From: Deltaproteobacteria bacterium TL4
Lineage (GTDB): Bacteria; SAR324; NAC60-12
NCBI GenBank assembly: GCA_051382335.1
Contig: JBBCAX010000178.1
Location: 1-25,105, forward strand
DNA: 25,105 bases
Direction of reading: 5' to 3'
Shown: piece by piece, positions 18,281 to 25,105 of the stretch
How positions within the stretch are numbered: position 1 is the first letter of the stretch
Layout: each line of letters starts with the position of its first letter
Program-made: the position numbers and the translations under genes
Notes under the pieces: generated by a model
The model's input: only the letters and a program-made list of their open reading frames with translations
The model's database searches: none
What the model was told of the DNA's origin: nothing

Positions 18281-19558
18281 ATGATTGATTTACAACCTGT
18301 CAAAGGAACACGGGATTTTTTCCCTGAGCAAATGCGTCTAAGAAACTGGCTGTTTCAAATTTGGAGAGAAACCGCCGAACAATACGGTTTTGAAGAATAT
18401 GATGCTTGTGTTCTCGAACATGAAGAACTTTATATTCGAAAAGCAGGCGACGAAATTGGAGATCAGCTTTATAACTTTGAAGATAAAAGCGGCAGACGTT
18501 TGAGTCTTAGACCTGAAATGACGCCCTCTCTGGCTCGAATGATCATGCAAAATCAACAAACCCTGTCCTTCCCAGTAAAATGGTTTTCCATTCCGCAATG
18601 TTTTCGGTACGAACGCATGACTCGGGGGCGAAAACGAGAACACTTTCAGTGGAATGTTGACATCATGGGACAAGAGTCCAACATCGCTGAAGCGGAGGCG
18701 TTGTCCATTCTTTTAAGCGCCTGTCAAAAAATGCAACTCAGCTCCAAGGATATCAGGGTGTTTATCAATGACCGCCGTATTCTCAACGCCATTTTGGATC
18801 AACTGAACGTTCCTGCCCAGTTGCATGTCCCGGTCATGATCGTCATGGATAAACGGGACAAAATTCCCATAGAGACCTTTAATGAACTCCTTCAAAAAGC
18901 GCAAATGACTCCTGCTCAAATTGAGCAACTCCATCCCTTCATACAAATGACCTCTTTGGAAGACTTGGGTGCGGTATTAACCGAAAATCCGGGCATTGAA
19001 AATATTAAGAACATCCAGAAAATTCTGCAAGAATCCGGCTTTGGGGATTATGTTCAATTTGATATTTCAATTGTGCGAGGACTTTCTTATTACACAAGCA
19101 CCGTTTTTGAGGTCAATACCCCACAAAAAAGTTTCAGGGCTCTTTGTGGTGGAGGACGTTATGATTCCCTATTATCCACTTATGGGGGTGAAGCGATTCC
19201 CTGTTTTGGTTTTGGTTTTGGCGATGTGGTTATTTTAGAAGTACTTCAAGAATTGGATCGATTGCCGAAATTGTCCAAAAAATTGGATTATATGCTTGTG
19301 CCTTATTCCGAAGCAGAAATGGGCTTTGCCTTAAAAGTAGGAAACCAGTTGAGAACTCAAGGACTGATGGTTGAATGTAATTTTAGTCAAAAAAAAGTAA
19401 AGAAAATTCTTCAACAAGCTCATGAGCTGGGAGTTGCCAAAGTCGTGTTATTATTTCCCGATGAATTAAAAACAGGACACGTCGCAGTGCGGGATATGCA
19501 CTCACATCAACAAACGATTATTCCCCTTTCCGAACTCTTATCCCTTCCTGGAGCGTAA
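18281..19558 (+). CDS. hisS: Histidine--tRNA ligase
   Basis: KGTRDF, LRPEMTPSLAR, motif 2 FRYER...REHFQ, VRGLSYYT, GGGRYD, C-terminal anticodon-binding domain. Confidence 0.97.
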   Translation: MIDLQPVKGTRDFFPEQMRLRNWLFQIWRETAEQYGFEEYDACVLEHEELYIRKAGDEIGDQLYNFEDKSGRRLSLRPEMTPSLARMIMQNQQTLSFPVKWFSIPQCFRYERMTRGRKREHFQWNVDIMGQESNIAEAEALSILLSACQKMQLSSKDIRVFINDRRILNAILDQLNVPAQLHVPVMIVMDKRDKIPIETFNELLQKAQMTPAQIEQLHPFIQMTSLEDLGAVLTENPGIENIKNIQKILQESGFGDYVQFDISIVRGLSYYTSTVFEVNTPQKSFRALCGGGRYDSLLSTYGGEAIPCFGFGFGDVVILEVLQELDRLPKLSKKLDYMLVPYSEAEMGFALKVGNQLRTQGLMVECNFSQKKVKKILQQAHELGVAKVVLLFPDELKTGHVAVRDMHSHQQTIIPLSELLSLPGA

Positions 19559-20082
19559 TGAAACTCAGATATGCCTTTGTGATGATGTTATTCCTTCTGA
19601 TTCTGGATGAAGGATCAAAAATTTATGTACGCCTTTATGTCCCGATGGGACAAGTCACGCCATTCATCCCCAATGTGATAGATCTCACCCATGTTGAAAA
19701 CTCCGGTGTCAGCTTTAGTTTCCTTGCGGAGATGCCCACTTTCCCCAGGGTTCCCCTTTTAGTCGGGATCTCTTTGATTGCGGTTGTGGGGATGCTCTAT
19801 TATCTGATCCGTTACTGGAGGCAATTGGATGTTTTTACACAATTTGCGCTCATTTGTACCATACCAGGTGCCATGGGAAACCTCATTGATCGTAGTGTTT
19901 ATCAAACGGTCACTGATTTCATGCATTTTCGTTGGTATCACTATAGTTTTTTTGTCAATAACCTGGCCGATTGTTTCATTAGCCTTGGCGTTGTGTTTTT
20001 TATTATCGCCACTTTTTGGGGCTCTGTTCCGCAAGAAACCCCATCTGAAAGCCTAACTGAAAATTCATCACAATCAAAATAA
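19558..20082 (+). CDS. lspA: Lipoprotein signal peptidase (signal peptidase II)
   Basis: Four hydrophobic segments, ENSGVSFS, GAMGNLIDR, catalytic Asp residues in VTDF and NLAD. ATG overlaps the hisS stop (TAATG). Confidence 0.93.
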   Translation: MKLRYAFVMMLFLLILDEGSKIYVRLYVPMGQVTPFIPNVIDLTHVENSGVSFSFLAEMPTFPRVPLLVGISLIAVVGMLYYLIRYWRQLDVFTQFALICTIPGAMGNLIDRSVYQTVTDFMHFRWYHYSFFVNNLADCFISLGVVFFIIATFWGSVPQETPSESLTENSSQSK

Positions 20083-20089
20083 AAAAAGC

Positions 20090-20118
20090 TTGCAATCCTT
20101 TCGGCTCTACTGTAACTT
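20090..20118 (+). promoter_or_regulatory. Sigma70-type promoter of tRNA-Val
   Basis: A-tract, TTGCAA (20090-20095), 17-nt spacer, TAACTT (20113-20118), 14 nt before the tRNA. Confidence 0.6.
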
Positions 20119-20132
20119 CCCCCTTTTACTTG

Positions 20133-20208
20133 GGGCGCTTAGCTCAGCTGGGAGAGCGGCGGCCTTACAAGCCGTAGGTCACAGGTTCGATCCCTGTAGC
20201 GCCCACCA
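20133..20208 (+). tRNA. tRNA-Val (TAC)
   Basis: Acceptor stem GGGCGCT/AGCGCCC, D arm GCTC/GAGC, anticodon TAC at 20166-20168, T loop GGTTCGATCC, encoded CCA; 76 nt. Confidence 0.97.
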
Positions 20209-20248
20209 GGTACGATTGAATCCAAGTCATAATACTAGATAAAAAAGC

Positions 20249-20277
20249 TTGATATTCTACTCACTTTTATCTAGTCT
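20249..20277 (+). promoter_or_regulatory. Sigma70-type promoter of tRNA-Asp
   Basis: A-tract, TTGATA (20249-20254), 17-nt spacer, TAGTCT (20272-20277), 14 nt before the tRNA. Confidence 0.6.
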
Positions 20278-20291
20278 CTAACTTCCTCATT

Positions 20292-20368
20292 GGGGTTGTA
20301 GTTAAGTTGGTTATAACGCCGGCCTGTCAAGCCGGAGGCCGCGAGTTCAAGTCTCGTCAACCCCGCCA
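20292..20368 (+). tRNA. tRNA-Asp (GTC)
   Basis: Acceptor stem GGGGTTG/CAACCCC, anticodon arm CCGGC-CTGTCAA-GCCGG, T loop GTTCAAGT, discriminator G plus CCA; 77 nt. Confidence 0.97.
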
Positions 20369-20777
20369 ATCATTTCAGTATCTTGCAATACATATCTCTC
20401 TTCCAGTAATATCATTTGACACAATCCTCGACACACCAACATGAAGCTGGGATGATGTTCCCTTTACAACCTCATGCCAACAACGATGTACATCAGAAAT
20501 CTCGAAACCTCTAAGAATCAAAGTGGTCAGAATCCGACGGAAAAGCCACCACCATTCCATAGCAATGGCAACCAAAAGCCAACAACTCGACCATAAAACA
20601 ACCACTCCTATCATCGAAGGAAAACCAACTAGAAATTGACTCAGTAATACTCTATAACCCCTGTTTACAGGGATATTCGTTCGTAAAACTTCAAAAGTTC
20701 CTCTAAAACGCTGCTGGCCATAGTCATCGTTTCGCCAAAATGGAGGCAATCCAAGGATAGACAAACACCCCGAACAC

Positions 20778-22259
20778 CTATGGTTGGGAGAGACTTTGTA
20801 AATACAGTTCAAATTCGGTGGTTTTTAAGGGCTTCTGAATATAATAGCCTTGGACCTGCTGACACCCCAATTTAACCAATAACTCAAACTGTTCCTGGGT
20901 TTCCACACCTTCAGCAATCACGATAAAATCAAGCGAGCGTGCCATATTGATAATCAGTTTGGCAATGGTCACCGCTTTTTTATTCGTCATCAAGGGATCA
21001 ATAAAAGAACGGTCTATTTTTAGCGCGTTGATGTCGAGTTCAATGAGTTGACTCATCGATGAGTATCCGGTACCAAAATCGTCAATAGTGATCCGGACTC
21101 CCAGTTTTTTCAGTCCGTCCAAAATCACTGCCGTTTTTGCGGGATTCAACATGGCCCCACTTTCGTCGACTTCCATTTCCAGATATTGAGACTCTAAGCC
21201 CGTGTGTTTTAAAGCGTTTTCTATACTTCCGAGCAAATCAGGTTGCTTGAGTTCATAAGGGGAAAGGTTGACAGCCATGGTTAGCGGAGGGTATCCTTTG
21301 TCCTGCCATTCTTTATTTTGGCGACAAGCTTCATAAATGACCCAATCTCCGATAGGCGCAATCAAACCGCTTTCTTCGGCAACTTGCATGAACTCCGAGG
21401 GACTGATGAATCCACGGTCAGGAGAATTCCATCGAATCAAGGCTTCCATCCCAACCACCTGCTTATGAACATCCACTTTCGGTTGGTAATGAAGTTCAAA
21501 CTCCTGACGGTCTATCGCTTTCTTAATATCTTGTTTCATAAGCAAATAGCGCTCTGTACGTTCCTGATACTCCTTCATGAAAGTTTTATAATTATTTTTC
21601 CCGCTTTTTTTGGCCTCATACATCGCGATATCCGCATGTTGAAGGAGGGACTCGCCATCCTCGCCATCCTCAGGGAAAAAACTGATACCAATACTGCAGG
21701 AAAGTTGAACTTGTTGATCCTTTAAAATGGGTTTGGTCACAACTTCATTGACACGCGTCGCGACAATGGAGGCATGCTCCATATTAGTTAACTCCGACAA
21801 GAGGATGACAAACTCATCTCCGCCTATCCGCCCAAGCACATCTTCATGACGAAGCAGGGCTTTGACGCGCTTGGTAATTTCGATTAAAACAATATCTCCT
21901 GCCTGATGCCCCCGTGTATCATTAATTTCTTTAAAATGATCCAAATCTACATAGAGTATTGCAAATTTTCGTTGATAACGTACCGCGGAATGAAGCGTTT
22001 GTTCGATTCGACTCAACAACAAAGAACGATTCGGCAACCCCGTTAATGTATCATGATAGGCCAAATAACTCAGTTTTTCGCTTTCATCAAGTTGCTCCAC
22101 CTTGTGCTTGGCCACAGGAACCGGCACCGCAGATAAGAATTCTGGAATTTGAGGATTGGAGCTTTGCTGAGGGAATACCCTCTGCTTCAAGTCCTGAAGC
22201 TCCTGTTTCATTTGATGGATTCTTTGCTCTAGTTCTTCGTAAGTGGGACGGTTCTGCAT
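20778..22259 (-). CDS. Cytoplasmic diguanylate cyclase/phosphodiesterase (GGDEF-EAL)
   Basis: HDTLTGLPNR, DLDHFKEINDTRGHQAGD, RHED I-site, GGDEF. EAL domain: EALIRW, VNLS, IDDFGTGYSS, LKIDRSF, AEGVE, QGYY. Start taken at MQNRPTYEELEQR (alternative 22295). Confidence 0.95.
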   Translation of the reverse strand: MQNRPTYEELEQRIHQMKQELQDLKQRVFPQQSSNPQIPEFLSAVPVPVAKHKVEQLDESEKLSYLAYHDTLTGLPNRSLLLSRIEQTLHSAVRYQRKFAILYVDLDHFKEINDTRGHQAGDIVLIEITKRVKALLRHEDVLGRIGGDEFVILLSELTNMEHASIVATRVNEVVTKPILKDQQVQLSCSIGISFFPEDGEDGESLLQHADIAMYEAKKSGKNNYKTFMKEYQERTERYLLMKQDIKKAIDRQEFELHYQPKVDVHKQVVGMEALIRWNSPDRGFISPSEFMQVAEESGLIAPIGDWVIYEACRQNKEWQDKGYPPLTMAVNLSPYELKQPDLLGSIENALKHTGLESQYLEMEVDESGAMLNPAKTAVILDGLKKLGVRITIDDFGTGYSSMSQLIELDINALKIDRSFIDPLMTNKKAVTIAKLIINMARSLDFIVIAEGVETQEQFELLVKLGCQQVQGYYIQKPLKTTEFELYLQSLSQP

Positions 22260-22775
22260 AATCTCTCTGTTGGACGCTCTACATTTTTTAGACATGATTC
22301 TCTTTGTTCCCGTTTTACTTATATCTTTTCAAGGACCTTAAAATCAATGCCTTCTTTTTAATTTATCTTTTTTTGCGTGGAGTTGGTGCAAAAAGGAGCA
22401 TAATCAACGCGTTACGGCTTTCCTTACAACCTGCGGCAAAAAGACTCTTGCGAATCTTCTGACAAAGTAGCATATCTTACGCATTTCCGAAAAACAAATT
22501 CAGCGGAAAAGGACAAAAGTAGTGATGACGTTAACATTTCTTTGAATTTGTTCTAAAAATCGGGTACTTATCAAAGCTCAACTGGAATTACAGTTGGTAT
22601 CATTTTTGAGATTTTTTGAGGAAATCTTAAAAGAAACGCATTTGAGCATTGATAAAAATATTTCTTTCTTTTAAGTAACATAGTGAAACGTTTTTTTATA
22701 CACAAAAAACATTCTGTTTTTTATAAATAATCCAGTTTTTCAATGGATTCAACCTTTATGATTTGCAAATGAGCT

Positions 22776-24950
22776 ATGCATCAACTTATTTTATTCCTAA
22801 CGGTTTTGTTGGTTTATTCTCCTTGCTCTCTCTGGGCGCAATCTTTCTCAGCACAACAAACGATTTATGAACTCGAAAAAGAGCTTCGTAAAAGCCCCTT
22901 GGAACAGCGAAATCGCACGGCCCAGGAACTGGTTGTCAAGAAATATTGGACTTTGGTTTCCCGTCATAATACCGCCAAGGGTTATGAACTGTTTGTAAAA
23001 CGGTTTCCGGATTCTCCCTATGACGCAAAAGCAAAGTCTACCGCCAGCGTAAGGGCGCATCAAAAACGGATTGTGCCTTACACCAGGACACGGGCCTATC
23101 AGCGTGCCTTTGCGATTCCGTTCCGAATTCTGGATCCTCCGGACTCCAAGAGTTTTGGTATTTCCAGTAATTTAGCTACTGTGACAACGACCGATATTTC
23201 CCGAATGACGAAAACAGAGACTTACGAAATACTCAGCGAAGATCTCACTCACATGGCAACGATCTTTGAAAAACATGTCGTCATTATTAAAATTCCAGAA
23301 GGAAAAGCACTTGCCTATCTGCCTAAAGATCCTAAATCGACTGGCTTGATCACCTTCAGTCGTGATGCGATGTATCTCGCCTTTGGGGAGACGTTACCGG
23401 ATAAAAAATCAACGATTCTCGTGTATAATATTTCCAGTCAAAAAGAAGTCTCCCGTTTCGAGATTGACGGGGAGTTGAAAGCGATGAACCTTAGCCCTGA
23501 TAATGAACACTTGGCTCATCTGGAGACTACCGGAAAAATTCAAGTCTGGGAAGTGCTCAAGAAGTCATTAATCGCTTCATATAACGCTCCAGGAGCGACA
23601 AAAATTGCTTTTGATTACTCAGGGGTTTACGTCCTGACCGAGGGGATGCGTTCTGGTGATAAACAACAAGCTTATGATTTGATAGATAAAAAATCCATGG
23701 AGTTTCCTGATCTTTTTGATCAACGCATCGAAAGTGAACTTCTTCTTTCGAGCTTACCTGTTCCTAAAAAGGAAAAAAATTGGAGAGGAACGGTTGAGTT
23801 GAAAAAAATTCGTCCTGGTGTGTACCAGTTCATGGAGCGATATCTCCCTATTGCCGTCAACACCAAAGCGAAGCTTTTAGTCAAAAATATATCGCTGGAA
23901 CATCAAGATATTGAATTGATGACTCCCGCCACCAGGCTTCAAGGGGCAGTCTATGTCCCCAAATCTACTTTTTCTCCGGGGAAAGACGGTAATATTGAAG
24001 TCACTTCGGCATACCACCTTCCTGCCGATAAGGCCAAATACGTTCAATATCGTGGTAAAGGTTATATTGTTAGTGATACGTCCGAGCCAGAGGAGGGCAA
24101 GCGCAAGTATGACACCAAACCGGAGAGTATTGCTGAGGAGACAGACTCAGAACAAGAAGCTGAAGCAGAACAAGAAGCTAAAGTTACTGCGATGTCAACA
24201 CCAACACCTGCGCCTGCGCCAACACCTGCACCTCCACCTGCTGTCACGCCAGCACCGGCGCCGAAGCCACAACCCATCGTTGTCACAACACCTCAGCCTG
24301 TTGCGGTGACTCCAGCCTCTGAACCTGAGCCTGAGAAGAGTAGTGAGCAATCAGAGTTCGACCAGGTTGTTGCCGCCGCACCAAAGGATCCTGGGAATGC
24401 CGTTGCTTATTTTCGAGAAGTGGGACATCGAACCAAAATCGATAAATATTTTATTAAAGCGTATGTGATCAGCAAAGATCAGGTTGACCTGAAGAAAGCG
24501 CGAGCGCTAAAGACGAAGGATTTGGCCGGTTATGACAGGCTCATTGCCGCTCCTGTCGGGCTCTCTGCCTTTAGCGCGACGATCGCGCTTGCCCCATTGG
24601 GAACCATTATCAGAACCCAATACGAGCGTGAGCGGATTCCTTTGAAATTTTTGGTAACGGTCACTGGAAATAACACCAAGCCTTATGACGTCAGTGTGGA
24701 TGTTTCCGGCATGGTGCTCTACTCATGGAGGGTAGAATTGCTAGGGAAAAGTAATTCCGGTAATCAGATAGAAGTCTATTCTAAAAATATCCAATTTCGT
24801 GTTACTCCTGGAAAAGCCGTAACACAAGTCGTGGATCTGGGAGAATTTTATAAAGAAGCGACTCATTCTTTTCAGGGAGGCACCCGGTCTTTTAGTAAAA
24901 AAATGGATAGTATGACGGCCACCGTTACAAAAGTGGAACATGTTCCCTAA
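22776..24950 (+). CDS. Exported hypothetical protein with WD40-like beta-propeller repeats and a Pro/Ala-rich linker
   Basis: Signal peptide ending SLWA-Q; blade motifs ITFSRDAMYLAFG, LSPDNEHLA...GKIQVWEV, IAFDYSGVYV; linker PTPAPAPTPAPPPAVTPAPAPKP. Confidence 0.7.
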   Translation: MHQLILFLTVLLVYSPCSLWAQSFSAQQTIYELEKELRKSPLEQRNRTAQELVVKKYWTLVSRHNTAKGYELFVKRFPDSPYDAKAKSTASVRAHQKRIVPYTRTRAYQRAFAIPFRILDPPDSKSFGISSNLATVTTTDISRMTKTETYEILSEDLTHMATIFEKHVVIIKIPEGKALAYLPKDPKSTGLITFSRDAMYLAFGETLPDKKSTILVYNISSQKEVSRFEIDGELKAMNLSPDNEHLAHLETTGKIQVWEVLKKSLIASYNAPGATKIAFDYSGVYVLTEGMRSGDKQQAYDLIDKKSMEFPDLFDQRIESELLLSSLPVPKKEKNWRGTVELKKIRPGVYQFMERYLPIAVNTKAKLLVKNISLEHQDIELMTPATRLQGAVYVPKSTFSPGKDGNIEVTSAYHLPADKAKYVQYRGKGYIVSDTSEPEEGKRKYDTKPESIAEETDSEQEAEAEQEAKVTAMSTPTPAPAPTPAPPPAVTPAPAPKPQPIVVTTPQPVAVTPASEPEPEKSSEQSEFDQVVAAAPKDPGNAVAYFREVGHRTKIDKYFIKAYVISKDQVDLKKARALKTKDLAGYDRLIAAPVGLSAFSATIALAPLGTIIRTQYERERIPLKFLVTVTGNNTKPYDVSVDVSGMVLYSWRVELLGKSNSGNQIEVYSKNIQFRVTPGKAVTQVVDLGEFYKEATHSFQGGTRSFSKKMDSMTATVTKVEHVP
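24148..24236 (+). repeat. Two in-frame 18-bp tandem duplications in the linker-coding region
   Basis: CAGAACAAGAAGCT(G/A)AAG x2 (24148-24183) and CCAACACCTGCGCCTGCG/CCAACACCTGCACCTCCA (24201-24236). Confidence 0.7.
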
Positions 24951-25085
24951 GAACCCCTTAACCTTCCTGACATCCGCCTCCCCACTTGAGGGGGGGGGGC
25001 CACGGCTTTCTCATAAAAAAAAGATTGTGTTTCAGAAGGATAGAAAGTTATCATAGGACTTCAACCCCAACCCTAAAGGAGTCTT

Positions 25086-25105
25086 ATGACAGAAGAATCT
25101 CAATC
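25086..25105 (+). CDS. Probable start of the next gene (MTEESQ...), running off the window
   Basis: AAAGGAG SD (25075-25081), 4 nt, ATG 25086; frame open to the window end. Only 6 codons are visible. Confidence 0.45.

Noticed and set aside
20375..20812. 145-aa minus-strand ORF after tRNA-Asp
   Set aside because: It overlaps the GGDEF-EAL 3' end, has no RBS or recognisable motif, and its W/V/L richness follows from the local strand skew.
22432..22475. GGCAAA...ACAAAG resembling a c-di-GMP-I (GEMM) riboswitch near the GGDEF-EAL gene
   Set aside because: No GNRA tetraloop, no GACGCAAAG junction and no convincing second stem; it is also on the strand opposite the GGDEF-EAL gene. An Infernal search with the Rfam c-di-GMP-I model would settle it.
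1..25105. CRISPR array, prophage, integrase or defence system
   Set aside because: No regularly spaced repeats and no cas, phage or integrase genes seen. The TerB-like gene is solitary and not part of a ter operon.

Overview
Chromosomal window of a moderately AT-rich bacterium. Gene content (tandem DUF3015 genes, a TerB-like protein, a 'PTYEELEQR'-led signalling protein) suggests a SAR324-like or other deltaproteobacterial lineage; this is inference only. It holds about 18 protein genes and two tRNAs. Housekeeping genes are gmhB, rsmB, a stand-alone gltD, a family-4 uracil-DNA glycosylase, hisS-lspA, tRNA-Val(TAC) and tRNA-Asp(GTC). Signalling genes are a hybrid histidine kinase, an MCP and a GGDEF-EAL protein, plus the most striking element: a gene pair encoding a pseudo-receiver-PilZ protein and a pseudo-receiver-GAF-GAF-class III adenylate cyclase-PilZ fusion. 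That pair is a candidate direct c-di-GMP-to-cAMP cross-talk module and is followed by a mycobacterial-type 3-beta-hydroxysteroid dehydrogenase. The ORF track misses several elements: a frameshifted IS1-family transposase relic (about 9319-9629), GTAG-type REP elements including an inverted doublet with compensatory changes, a dRS3-like palindrome, matched promoters before both tRNAs, and a hairpin covering the SD and start codon of the gene beginning at the right edge. All family calls come from motif recognition, not database searches.
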